Positions 9,563 through 19,271 are shown, counted from the stretch's first letter. The stretch is DNA of 64,000 bases from an uncultured Chloroflexia bacterium (GCA_963707215.1 CAVPPB010000003.1:896001-960000); one strand, 5' to 3'. Translations and numbers: made by a program. Notes: a model not told the origin generated them from the sequence alone.

Positions 9563-10750
9563 ATGACGCCCGCGGGCGCCCTCGGCGCTGCCGAGCTCAT
9601 CCGTTCCGTCGGCCTCATGGCCGATGGACCCGCGCCATGGGGCCGGCCGATCGCCGCGCCCGGCCCAGGTGTCTACGTCATCGAGTTGCCGTCACCGCCC
9701 GACGCCGCGCCGCTCGAGCTGGCGACCGTCGGCAAGTGGCTCGAGCGCGCCGTCGACCTCCGTCTCGATGGCCGGCGCCCGACCTCCCGCGAGCTGCGCG
9801 AGCGGCTCGCGGCGTTCTGGCTGCCCGGCCAGCGGGTCCTCTTCGTCGGCTCGAGCGGCGGATCCGTCGCGGGACGGGTCCTGGCCCTCGCGCGCACCGT
9901 GCCAGGCGCTCGACGACCTTATGCGGCCGGCGTCTGGCTGAACCTGCTGCGCGATCTCGATCGCTGCCGGGTCTGGTGGGCGGCGACCGAGGCCCCCGAC
10001 GAGTACGAGGACGCTCTCCTCGACGCCTTCCGTGCCGCCGTGCCCCGGGAGCTGGCGGCAGCCACTCCCCAGCCGGACGTGGTGATGCCGTGGGGCGTGC
10101 TCAGGCGTCCGACCGGCGAGCGACGAGCCCACGGCCTGACGGGGATGCTGGTCCCCGAGGGCACTGAGCCTGAGGCGACGGCGGCCGACCCGACGGCCCC
10201 TCGGCCGCGGGGCCGGCCCGCCGGCGGTTCGAAGGCGCCAGCGCAGCGTCGGGCCACGAAGCCGCCGCCCGGCCCCGCGGCACCCACCGCGCCCGCGAGC
10301 GACGGGGACATCTCCGCCGAGGGCCTCGAGCGTCTCGAGCGCGAGCTCGCCGACCTGCGGACCGTTCGGCGGCCAGCGGTCGTCAAGCGGGTGGCGACGG
10401 CCCGTGAGCATGGAGATCTCAAGGAGAACGCGGAGTACCACGCCGCCCGCGAGGAGCTCGGTTTCGTCGATGGCCGGATCCACGCCCTCGAGGACCGGAT
10501 CCGCCGCGCCGTCGTCGTCGAGAGAAGCGGCGGTGACGTCGCGGCGATCGGCAGCGAGCTGCTCGTGGAGTCTGACGGCGAGCGGCTGACCCTTCGGCTC
10601 GTCGGCTCCTCCGAGGCGGACGTGGCCGCCGGCCGGATCTCGGTCGCGTCGCCGGTCGGGAAGGCCCTGGTGGGGTCCAGGGCGGGCGACGAGGTCGCGG
10701 TCGCGACCCCCGGCGGCGAGATCCACTACACCGTCATCGAGGTCGGCTGA
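9563..10750 (+). CDS. greA: Transcription elongation factor GreA with N-terminal GIY-YIG-like domain
   Basis: C-terminal ~150 aa with AREHGDLKENAEYHAA and ISVASPVGKALVG; N-terminal ~200 aa with GVY...LFVG...R...E. Confidence 0.88.
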   Translation: MTPAGALGAAELIRSVGLMADGPAPWGRPIAAPGPGVYVIELPSPPDAAPLELATVGKWLERAVDLRLDGRRPTSRELRERLAAFWLPGQRVLFVGSSGGSVAGRVLALARTVPGARRPYAAGVWLNLLRDLDRCRVWWAATEAPDEYEDALLDAFRAAVPRELAAATPQPDVVMPWGVLRRPTGERRAHGLTGMLVPEGTEPEATAADPTAPRPRGRPAGGSKAPAQRRATKPPPGPAAPTAPASDGDISAEGLERLERELADLRTVRRPAVVKRVATAREHGDLKENAEYHAAREELGFVDGRIHALEDRIRRAVVVERSGGDVAAIGSELLVESDGERLTLRLVGSSEADVAAGRISVASPVGKALVGSRAGDEVAVATPGGEIHYTVIEVG

Positions 10751-10788
10751 GCGACCGGGGACCGGCGACCGAGGGGACCGGGGCCGGT

Positions 10789-11535
10789 TCAGCCGACGGA
10801 CGGGGCGGCTCCGGCGACGCCATGCTCCACGGCCCAAAGGGCGGCCTGGGTGCGGCTCTGGAGGCCGAGCTTGCCGAGGATGTTGCTGACGTACGTCCGG
10901 GCCGTCCGCTCGGTGATCCCGAGCTCGTAGGCGATCTCCTTGTTCGCCAGGCCCCGCCCGACTAGGGCCAGGACTTCGCGCTCGCGCTCGGTCAGCGGCT
11001 CGACCGGCTCGTCGCGGTCGCGGCGGGCGCGCATCCGCTGGGCCAGCAGCCGGGCCACCGCCGGGTCGAGGTGGACCTCGCCGGCGTGGGCGGCCCGGAC
11101 CGCGGCGGCCACTTCCTCTGCGGAGGCGTCCTTGAGGACGTACCCGGCCGCTCCGGCCTCGAGCGCCGCTGTGACCTTCGACTCCTCGACGAACGAGGTC
11201 ATGGTCACGATCTCGATCTCGGGCGCCTCGGCCTTGATCCGGCCGATCGCCGTGACGCCGTCCATGACCGGCATGAGCAGATCCATCAGGATCACGTCCG
11301 GCCGGAGCCTCCGGGCCATGGCCACGCCCTGGCTGCCATCCTCGGCTTCGCCGACGACCTCGAAGTCAGCCTGTAGCTCGAAGAAGACCCGCAGCCCCGT
11401 CCGGACGACGGCATGGTCGTCGACGAGGAGGATCCGGATGCGGTCCTCCAGGTCGACCCCGTGGGTCGATCCGGATCCCGGGTCGGCGGCCACCTGGGGG
11501 GCGGCTGTCCCGCCCGTTCGCTGGGAGACGCTCAT
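10789..11535 (-). CDS. NarL/LuxR-family response regulator
   Basis: VDDH, DVILMDLLMP, YVLKD; HTH LTEREREVL...NKEIA...SRTQAA. Confidence 0.95.
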   Translation of the reverse strand: MSVSQRTGGTAAPQVAADPGSGSTHGVDLEDRIRILLVDDHAVVRTGLRVFFELQADFEVVGEAEDGSQGVAMARRLRPDVILMDLLMPVMDGVTAIGRIKAEAPEIEIVTMTSFVEESKVTAALEAGAAGYVLKDASAEEVAAAVRAAHAGEVHLDPAVARLLAQRMRARRDRDEPVEPLTEREREVLALVGRGLANKEIAYELGITERTARTYVSNILGKLGLQSRTQAALWAVEHGVAGAAPSVG

Positions 11536-11700
11536 CGCTCGGCCTCCTGCCGGGTCGCGGTCCGGGCCGAGAGCGCCGCCGGCACGTCCGGGACGGCGTC
11601 CGGGATGACCGAACCCTGGGCATCGTCCGCCCGGCGCTCGGGCCTGGGAACGGCCGCCCGTCCGACGGCCGAGTGGGACACTGGTCCCGCGGCCCTTACG

Positions 11701-14700
11701 TCATCCGTCCGCACCGTCCACTCGGGCACCGGGGGCGCCTTCCGCCGGGGGATGGAACGGCAGGCTGAGCTCGAGCGAGGTCCCCCGACCAGGCGCCGAC
11801 TCGACGCGGAGCGAGCCGCCCGCCCGCTCGGCCCGCTGGCGCATCCCGACGAGTCCGACGTGGCCCGGGCCTACCTCGTTCGGGTCAAAGCCCACACCGT
11901 CGTCCTGGAGGGTCATCCAGAGCCGGTCGGCATCACGCCCGACGAGGACCCTGACCTGCCGGGCCGCGGCATGCTTGACGACGTTGTGGAGGCCCTCCTG
12001 GGCGATCCGGTAGAGCGCCTCCTCGAGGGCGATCGGCGGACGGTCATCGCCGAGATCGTCGATCCGGAGGTCGATCGGCAGGCCGACGCGACCCTGGACG
12101 GCGGCGCAGTGCGTCCGCAGCGCATGCGCCAGGCCGTCCTGCTCCAGACTGCCCGGGCGCAGCTCGAAGATCAGCGAACGCATCTCGGCGAGGGCATCCC
12201 GCTGGAGCTCGCGGAGGAGGGCCAGCTGCTCGCCGGCCCGGGATGGATCGCGTTCCAGCAGGAGCTCCAGGCTGCGGGTCACGAGCGTCATCGAGAAGAG
12301 CGCCTGGGTCACCGAGTCGTGGAGCTCGCGAGCCAGATGGGCCCGCTCCTCGCCGGCCGCCAGCTCGGCCGCCTTGAGCTGGAGGTCGCGCTCCAGACGG
12401 TCGCGCTCGCGAAGGTCTCGCACCGACCCGTGCGCCCCCTCGAGGTTTCCCGGCTGCCCGGTCCCCACGGCGTGGATCTCCACCGGCACGCGGGTGCCGT
12501 CGGCCGCCACGATCCCGGACCTGAGCTCCTGGACGCGATCGGGCGCGGCCGTCAGGCGCTGCCAGACGCCGTGGGAGCCCTGGCGGATCGCCGGATCGAG
12601 GAGATCCGAGTAGGGACGTCCCAGGAGCGAGCCGGGCTCGATGCCGGCCATGTCACGGATGCGGTCCGACACGAAGGTGAAGCGGCCGGCAGCGTCCACG
12701 GCGAAGATGACGTCCGGGGACGCGGAGACCAGGTTGCGGTAGCGGGCCTCCGACTCGCGGATGCGTTCGAGCAGGCGGCCGTTCGTGAGGGCGATCGCGG
12801 CATGATCGGCGAGCCCCTGGAGGAGGTCGAGCTCGTCGTCGCCGACCCTGCGCGGGCTCCGGTGGCTGATCGCCAGCGTTCCGATGACCGCCCCGTCGGG
12901 GGCTCGCAGCGGCGCGGCCGCCATCCCGCGGATGCCCATCCGTTGGGCAGTGGCGACGTCGTCCGCCTCCAGGGGGATCCGCTCGTCGGCGAGGTAGTCC
13001 TCGGTCCGGATCGTCTCGTTGCGCCCGGCCGCCAGGCCGTTGATCCCATCGTCGATCGGGAAGTCCTGGGTGAGCAGCCAGGCCCGGGTGTCGTCGTCGA
13101 GCACGCCTGCCATGACGACCGGCCGCAGGACCGTCCGATCCTCCGACATCAGGGTCAGGTGGGCGCCGTCCGACCCGAGCAGACGCCTCGTCTCCTCGAC
13201 GATCGACCCGAGGACGGCCTCGGGTTCGCGCAGCACCGCGATCCGCGCCGCGATGTCCCGAAGGCCTCGCTCCGCCTCGGCTCGTCGGGCGACCTCGGCC
13301 CGGGATCGCTCCAGCTGGGTGATCAGCCGGGCGTTGGCGATCGCGACGGCGGCCTGGTCCGCCAGCCCCTGGAGCATGGCGCCATCCTCGTCGTCGAACG
13401 CGTCGGGACGCCGGCTCAGGACGGTCATCGCCCCGAAGGCCCGTCCCTCCACCACGAGCGGGGCCGCGATCGCCGATCGGAGGCCGTGCTCGGCAAGGAA
13501 CCGGTCGACCCCGGGGCCGTGCTGGAACCGCCGGTCGGCGGCGTAGTCGCCCGACCGGACGGCCCGCCCCTCGCTGAAGGCCAGGCCCGACACGCCGACA
13601 CCAGGGATGATCCGGGGGGCGTCGGCCGTCGGCTGCTGGACCGGCAGCGTCGTCGCCCCCAGGATGACCCCCAGGCCGTCCTCGGAGTCAGCCACACCGA
13701 TCTCGGCGAAGTCGCCCCGGAGCAGGGCCACGGCTGCATCGATGGTGCGCTGGATCACTTCGCCGGGATCCCGCAGGGCGGTGACCGTGGCGGCGATCTC
13801 GCGGAGGGTGCGCTCCGCCTCGGCCCGCCTGGCCAACTCCTCGCGGGAGGTGTCGAGGTCGGCGATGAGCCGGGCGTTGGCGATCGCGATGGCCGCCTGG
13901 CTCGCCAGGCCCTCCAGGAGGGCAGCGTCCTTCCCGGTGTACACGCCGGCCCGCGTCGTGCCGAGCTGGATGATCCCGAGGAGCTCGCGATCGACCCGCA
14001 GCGGGGCGGCGATGGCCGCCCGGATGCCGGCTCCGCTGATGAATGCATCGGCGGTCGGCGTGTGTTCGAAACGCGCCTCGGCCAGGTAGTCGTCCGTGAA
14101 GACAGCTCCGTCGCTGCGCATCGCCCAGCCGGACATGCCGCCGACCTCGCGGTCGGTGGGCTTGGCCGAGACGTCGGCCTCGGGCGGGAATGCCCACTGG
14201 GCCCGACCGGCCAACGGCGCGACGAGATCGATCTGGGCACGCTCAGCGCCGAAGAGGCGAGCCGCCTCGTCGAGGATCCCCTGGAGCAGCTCCGCCGGGT
14301 CCCGGATGGCGGTGATCCTGGCGGCCAACTCTCGCAGCGTGCGCTCCGCATCGGCCAGCAGGGCGGTCTCGTGGCGCGTTCGACGAAGCTCGTCGATGAG
14401 GCGGGCGTTGGTCAGGGCGATCGAGGCCTGCTGGGCGAGGGCCTCGAGGATCGCCGCGTCGGCCTCGCCGAAGGCGTCCGGCCGGGCCGATTCCGCGAGC
14501 ATCGCGCCGAGGGGCGTGTCGCCGTCGAACATCGGCACCGCGATGGCCGACGGGAGGTCGAGGTCGGCCGTGTAGCGGTCCGGACCCGGTCGGTGGACGA
14601 AGCGCACGTCGTTCAGGTAGTCGCCGGTGATGAAGGTCCGTCGGTCGGCGATGGCCTTGCCAGTGACCCCCTCCCCGAGGGCGATGGCCTCGTGGGCCGG

Positions 14701-16086
14701 CCAGGCGTCGCGACCGACCTCGCTCGGCGAGTACCAGACCCAGCCCGAGCCCTCCTCGGCAGGCTCGATGAGGTTGATCCATACGCGGTCGGTCCGGAGC
14801 AGCCGAGCGGCGTCGGCGGCGATCCGATGGAGGACCTCCGCCGGCTCGTGAACGGCAGTGAGCGAGGTCGCGACCTCGCGGAGGGCCCGCTCGACATCGG
14901 CGCGCCGGGCCGATTCCTCGCGCGATCCGGCAAGGTCGCGGATGAGCGTCGCGTTGCGGAGGCCCACCCCGGCCTGGTTCGCGAGGGCCTCGATGAGGGC
15001 CGCGTCATCGGGTCCGTAGGCATCGACCTTCGACGTGTAGACGGTGAGCGTGCCGAGGGGGCCGGAGTCGCCCATGAGGGGGGCCGCGACCGCCGAGCGG
15101 ATGGCGTGTCGCCGGGCGTGCGCATCGGGCGCCGACGCGTGGCGAAAGCGGTCGTCGGCGAGGTAGTCGCCGGTGATGACGACCCGCCGCTCGGCGACGG
15201 CCCGGCCCGAGATCCCCTCGCCCGGCTGGGCCTCGCCGTCGCCCTGGATCGGCCCAAGGCCGGGCCTCCGACCGGTGGTGGCGTCGTGGGACCAGAGCAG
15301 TGCGCCGGACTCCGCGTCCAGTCGGTCGATCCTGGCCCCGTCGGCCTCCAGGAGCCGGGCCGCCTCGTCGACGATCCGCTGGAGCAGGTCGTCAGGATCG
15401 CGGATGGAGGTGATCCGGGTCGCGATCTCGCGGAGGGCTCGCTCCGAGGCGGCCCGGCGGGCCGTCTCGGCCCGCGAGGTCGCCAGCTGGGCGATCAGCA
15501 GCCGGTTGTCGATGGCCGTGGCGACGTGATCGGCCAGCGTCCGCACGAGGGCGACATCGGCGTCGTCGAACGCGTCGGGCCGCCCGTCGAAGACGCCCAT
15601 CGCACCCAGCACGGTGTCGCCGGCCACCAGCGGGGCCACGACCATCGAGCGCATCCCGACCTCGTCCACCACCCGGTCGGCGTCGGAGAAGTGGACGAAG
15701 CGGTCGTCGGTCGGGTAGTCCGTCGTCTGGGTGACCCGGCGCTCGGCCACCGCCCGGCCGAACATCCCGACCCCGACCGGCATCCGGAGCCCCCGGACCC
15801 AGGCCCGTCGTCGGTCGTCGGTGATGCCGGCATCGTGGGCGAAGCGCAACTCGCCGGTCGCCGCGTCGACCAGGTAGGCCATGGCCCCGTCGCAGCGGAC
15901 CAGCCGGGCCGCCTCGTGGACGGCCGCGGCGAGCAGGGCGGCGGCGGCCTGATCGTCAGCCAGCGGGGCGCCGGCGGCGGCCACGCCGACGACGGGCACG
16001 CTCGGCTCGACCGGGGCGATCGGCTCCACGTGCCCCTCCGCGGCCGGCGATCCCACCAGGGCGGGGCGAGGCTGCTTGGTCGTCAC
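11701..16086 (-). CDS. Cytoplasmic histidine kinase: 6x GAF + PAS + HisKA_3/HATPase
   Basis: Six GAF repeats each ending LAxxAxxxxxNxxL, PAS, ERAHLARELHDSVTQ, QEGLHNVVKH, DDGVGF; start 16086 (GTG) or 16125. Confidence 0.93.
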   Translation of the reverse strand: MTTKQPRPALVGSPAAEGHVEPIAPVEPSVPVVGVAAAGAPLADDQAAAALLAAAVHEAARLVRCDGAMAYLVDAATGELRFAHDAGITDDRRRAWVRGLRMPVGVGMFGRAVAERRVTQTTDYPTDDRFVHFSDADRVVDEVGMRSMVVAPLVAGDTVLGAMGVFDGRPDAFDDADVALVRTLADHVATAIDNRLLIAQLATSRAETARRAASERALREIATRITSIRDPDDLLQRIVDEAARLLEADGARIDRLDAESGALLWSHDATTGRRPGLGPIQGDGEAQPGEGISGRAVAERRVVITGDYLADDRFRHASAPDAHARRHAIRSAVAAPLMGDSGPLGTLTVYTSKVDAYGPDDAALIEALANQAGVGLRNATLIRDLAGSREESARRADVERALREVATSLTAVHEPAEVLHRIAADAARLLRTDRVWINLIEPAEEGSGWVWYSPSEVGRDAWPAHEAIALGEGVTGKAIADRRTFITGDYLNDVRFVHRPGPDRYTADLDLPSAIAVPMFDGDTPLGAMLAESARPDAFGEADAAILEALAQQASIALTNARLIDELRRTRHETALLADAERTLRELAARITAIRDPAELLQGILDEAARLFGAERAQIDLVAPLAGRAQWAFPPEADVSAKPTDREVGGMSGWAMRSDGAVFTDDYLAEARFEHTPTADAFISGAGIRAAIAAPLRVDRELLGIIQLGTTRAGVYTGKDAALLEGLASQAAIAIANARLIADLDTSREELARRAEAERTLREIAATVTALRDPGEVIQRTIDAAVALLRGDFAEIGVADSEDGLGVILGATTLPVQQPTADAPRIIPGVGVSGLAFSEGRAVRSGDYAADRRFQHGPGVDRFLAEHGLRSAIAAPLVVEGRAFGAMTVLSRRPDAFDDEDGAMLQGLADQAAVAIANARLITQLERSRAEVARRAEAERGLRDIAARIAVLREPEAVLGSIVEETRRLLGSDGAHLTLMSEDRTVLRPVVMAGVLDDDTRAWLLTQDFPIDDGINGLAAGRNETIRTEDYLADERIPLEADDVATAQRMGIRGMAAAPLRAPDGAVIGTLAISHRSPRRVGDDELDLLQGLADHAAIALTNGRLLERIRESEARYRNLVSASPDVIFAVDAAGRFTFVSDRIRDMAGIEPGSLLGRPYSDLLDPAIRQGSHGVWQRLTAAPDRVQELRSGIVAADGTRVPVEIHAVGTGQPGNLEGAHGSVRDLRERDRLERDLQLKAAELAAGEERAHLARELHDSVTQALFSMTLVTRSLELLLERDPSRAGEQLALLRELQRDALAEMRSLIFELRPGSLEQDGLAHALRTHCAAVQGRVGLPIDLRIDDLGDDRPPIALEEALYRIAQEGLHNVVKHAAARQVRVLVGRDADRLWMTLQDDGVGFDPNEVGPGHVGLVGMRQRAERAGGSLRVESAPGRGTSLELSLPFHPPAEGAPGARVDGADG

Positions 16087-16186
16087 GACCGAGCGAGGAT
16101 AGGCGCCACGGGTCCAGGCATCCATCGGTCCTGGGACGTGGCGGCTCCTACGTCATCCGTCGCAGACGCCCCATGCGGGATGTGGC

Positions 16187-16708
16187 CTAGGCATCGCCGA
16201 GTGCCGCCGCGAAGCGAGCGATCCGGTCGGCGGCATCGTCGATCACCGGCCGCAGCGAGTGACCGAGCTTCGGGTAGGTGACGAGGGTCGCGCTGGGCAG
16301 TCGCTCGATGGCGGCCTGGAGGAGATCGATCCTGGCGAAGGGATCCGACTCCCCCGACAGGAGCAGGACCGGGCACCGTATGGCCGGCCAGTGGGCGCTG
16401 CGGGCCTCGCCGTCCGGGTGGCCCGGCCGGTGCAACGGGTAGCTCAGGCAGACCAGGCCTCCGAACGAACGGTCGGACGTCGCCGCGGCCAGGCTGGCGA
16501 CCCGCCCTCCGTACGAGTGGCCACCGACGACCGCGACCGGCCCTTCCGGGACCTGGGCAAGGAAGGCGGGCACGGCATCCTCGGCGCGCCGGCGCGGCAG
16601 GCGGAGCGCCTGGGCCTCGATCCCGCGGGCGGCGAGGGCCTCGATCCACGGCGTCATCGTCTCGGGGCCGCCGCTGGCGCCGTGCCCCAGGTAGAGGCGA
16701 GTGGTCAT
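16187..16708 (-). CDS. Alpha/beta hydrolase (KANL3/Tex30-like)
   Basis: HGAS, GHSYGGR, SYPLH, GESDPF, GH. Confidence 0.88.
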   Translation of the reverse strand: MTTRLYLGHGASGGPETMTPWIEALAARGIEAQALRLPRRRAEDAVPAFLAQVPEGPVAVVGGHSYGGRVASLAAATSDRSFGGLVCLSYPLHRPGHPDGEARSAHWPAIRCPVLLLSGESDPFARIDLLQAAIERLPSATLVTYPKLGHSLRPVIDDAADRIARFAAALGDA

Positions 16709-16798
16709 GACCCCAGACTACGCCCCGGAAGGACCGGCCCGCCCTGGTACCCGAGGCACGCTTGCCCGGTGCCGGTGGTCAACGGTAGGCTCGGGTCG

Positions 16799-18343
16799 AT
16801 GCGCCGTACCGCCACGGCGTCGCTCGTCGCGCTGGTCGTGGCAGCGGCGCTGCTTCTCGTCCCGGGACCGACCCCGGTCCGGGCCGCCGACCCCTGCAGC
16901 CCCTGGCCGACGAGCTACGGCATGCCCGAGACGATCCGCGTCCTGCGGGTCGCCAGCGGGGTCGTCGAGACCGTGCCGTTCCGGACCTACGTGGAGAACG
17001 TCATGTCCTGGGAGTGGCCCGCCTCTTGGCCGAGCGAGGCCCTCCGGGCCGGCGCCGTCGCCGTCAAGCAATACGGGCTGTACTACCTGGTGAACCCGCG
17101 ATCCTGGTACAAGACCCCGGACGGACAGTGCTACCACGTCCGCGACGACACCAACGACCAGATCTACCGGCCCCAGAATTCGACCGGGACGCCGCGGATC
17201 CCGGCGGCCAGCCAGGTCGCCGCCGTCGAGGCGACATGGGACATGACGATGCGCCGGGGGACGTCGTTCTTCCTGCCCCACTACCAAGCCGGAGAGAGCA
17301 CCGTCTGCGGTGCCAAGATCCGCTACGGGGTCACCTGGCTGCCCCAGTGGGAGGTCAGGGCCTGCGCCCTGGGCGGCATGGACATGGCCACGATCCTTCA
17401 CCTGTACCTCGACCCCGGCCTGACGATCGCCGATGCCGTCCGTCGCTTCGGCGGCGACCGGTACGCGACTGCTGCGGCCATCAGCCGGGCCGACGTCGTC
17501 TCGTCGACGACGGTCTTCGTGGCCCGGGGCGCCGACTTCCCGGACGCGCTGGCCGCAGGACCCGTCGCCGCGGTGTCGGGAGCGCCGATCCTGCTCGTCG
17601 CCGACGACGGCGTCCCGGACGTCATCGCCGAGGAGCTGGCCAGGCTGGCACCGACCCGGATCGTGATCCTGGGGGGGATTGGCGCGGTCAGCGAAGCCGT
17701 CGAAGGGCAGCTGGCGTCGACGGGCGCCGAGATCGTCCGGCTCGCCGGCGCGGATCGCTACGAGACGGCGGTCGCCGTCTCGGCCTTCGCCTTCGCCCCG
17801 GGCGTGCCGATGGCCTTCGTTGCGACGGGCCGCGACTTCCCCGACGCCCTCGCGGGAGCGGCCGCCGGCGCCCACCTCGGAGCCCCGGTCCTCCTGGTCC
17901 CGGGGGATGCGATCCCGACGGTCGTGGCCGACGAGCTGACCCGGCTCGCACCCGCCGCGATCCGCGTCCTGGGCGGGACGAGCGTCGTCGCCGAAGAGGT
18001 CGAGGCTGCGCTCGCCGGATTCGCACCGGACGTGGCCCGGCTCGCAGGGAGTGACCGCTACCAGACCGCCGCCGCCGTCTCCGAGGCCGCCTTCGAGCCC
18101 GGCGTCGATCGCGTCCGGTTCGCGACCGGGGCCAACTTCCCGGACGCGCTCGCGGCTGCGCCAGCCGGCCTGCCGATCCTCCTCGTCGGCAGTGGGGCGC
18201 CGACGGCGACCATCGAGGAGACGATCCGTCTCGCGCCTGCGCACCTCGAGCCTGTCGGGGGTCCGGCCGTCGTCTCCGACGCGACCGTCACCTCCATCGT
18301 CCGATCGGTGGCCGGGAGCGGCGGCGTGCCCGCGGTCCGGTAG
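16799..18343 (+). CDS. Secreted SpoIID/LytB-like domain plus three CW_binding_2 repeats
   Basis: Signal peptide; YVENVMSWEWP..EALRAGAVA..DQIY; three GxDRYxTA / FPDALA repeats. Confidence 0.85.
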   Translation: MRRTATASLVALVVAAALLLVPGPTPVRAADPCSPWPTSYGMPETIRVLRVASGVVETVPFRTYVENVMSWEWPASWPSEALRAGAVAVKQYGLYYLVNPRSWYKTPDGQCYHVRDDTNDQIYRPQNSTGTPRIPAASQVAAVEATWDMTMRRGTSFFLPHYQAGESTVCGAKIRYGVTWLPQWEVRACALGGMDMATILHLYLDPGLTIADAVRRFGGDRYATAAAISRADVVSSTTVFVARGADFPDALAAGPVAAVSGAPILLVADDGVPDVIAEELARLAPTRIVILGGIGAVSEAVEGQLASTGAEIVRLAGADRYETAVAVSAFAFAPGVPMAFVATGRDFPDALAGAAAGAHLGAPVLLVPGDAIPTVVADELTRLAPAAIRVLGGTSVVAEEVEAALAGFAPDVARLAGSDRYQTAAAVSEAAFEPGVDRVRFATGANFPDALAAAPAGLPILLVGSGAPTATIEETIRLAPAHLEPVGGPAVVSDATVTSIVRSVAGSGGVPAVR

Positions 18344-18350
18344 CGGCCCG

Positions 18351-18986
18351 ATGGCCGATGCGACGACGCCCCGGGCCCTGCCGGACGGCTCCGGGCCGCC
18401 GACGCCCGATCCGACCCTGCCGCGATGCTGGTGGGCGGCCAGCGACGAGCGCCTCGACCCGCTCATGGCTGCCTACCACGATGCCGAATGGGGCGTCCCT
18501 GTGCATGACGACGTCGAGCTCTTCGAGCGCCTGGCCCTGGAGTCGTTCCAGGCCGGGCTCTCCTGGTCGACGATCCTCCGCAAGCGCGACGCGTTCCGGG
18601 TCGCCTTCCGGGGCTTCGACCCGGCAGTCGTGGCCGCGTTCGGTCCGGACGATGTCGAGCGCCTGATGGCCGACGCCGGGATCGTCCGGAACCGGGCCAA
18701 GATCGTGGCCACGGTCGGCAACGCCCAGGGGGTCCTCGACCTGGCCGAGCAGCATGGCTCGTTCGGCGCCTACCTCGCGACGATGGTGCCCGGGCCTCCC
18801 CTGCCGCGACCCCGGGGCTCGACCTGGCAGGACCTCGCGCCGACCACTCCGGCCTCGGATGCCCTGTCGGCCGACCTGAAGCGGCGCGGGTTCCGGTTCG
18901 TCGGGTCGACCATCGTCTACGCATTCATGGAGTCGGTGGGTCTCGTCGACGACCACCTGCCGGGCTGCTTCCGCTACCGGGGCTGA
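18351..18986 (+). CDS. tag: DNA-3-methyladenine glycosylase I
   Basis: RCWW, YHDAEWG, LESFQAGLSW, IVRNRAKI, DDHLPGC. Confidence 0.95.
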   Translation: MADATTPRALPDGSGPPTPDPTLPRCWWAASDERLDPLMAAYHDAEWGVPVHDDVELFERLALESFQAGLSWSTILRKRDAFRVAFRGFDPAVVAAFGPDDVERLMADAGIVRNRAKIVATVGNAQGVLDLAEQHGSFGAYLATMVPGPPLPRPRGSTWQDLAPTTPASDALSADLKRRGFRFVGSTIVYAFMESVGLVDDHLPGCFRYRG

Positions 18987-19057
18987 TCGACCAGTCGAGC
19001 GATACCGGCAGACCGTGTCGGTCGCTGGCTCCTCGACGCAGGTCGACGACCGATGCG

Positions 19058-19091
19058 TGACAGCGGAGCTGACACGGCCGGCTCCTAGGGT
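19058..19091 (+). promoter_or_regulatory. TGACA direct repeat (19058, 19070) plus -10 TAGGGT; leaderless promoter
   Basis: TAGGGT at 19086-19091 is 6 nt before ATG 19098. Confidence 0.5.
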
Positions 19092-19097
19092 CCGGAC

Positions 19098-19271
19098 ATG
19101 AAGGACCGCCTGCGACCCCTCCCCGACCCCGTCGTCGCCTGCCCCTGGTGCGCAGGTCCCGTCGAGCTCGGCGCCGCCAGCGTCCTGCGCTGCGAGGCCT
19201 GCCGGGTCGCCGTCGATGTGGATGAGCCACGCCCTGCTCGACGCCATGGAGGCGCTGCCCTGGCCGCCTGA
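19098..19271 (+). CDS. 57-aa zinc-ribbon small protein (not in ORF track)
   Basis: MKDRLRPLPDPVVACPWCAGPVELGAASVLRCEACRVAVDVDEPRPARRHGGAALAA; two CxxC pairs; leaderless -10. Confidence 0.7.
   Translation: MKDRLRPLPDPVVACPWCAGPVELGAASVLRCEACRVAVDVDEPRPARRHGGAALAA

Noticed and set aside
11413-16281. 1622-aa plus-strand ORF, and similar long antisense ORFs (e.g. 35625..38528, 25609..27429, 48334..50115)
   Set aside because: Shadow frames of real genes in high-GC DNA; no motifs
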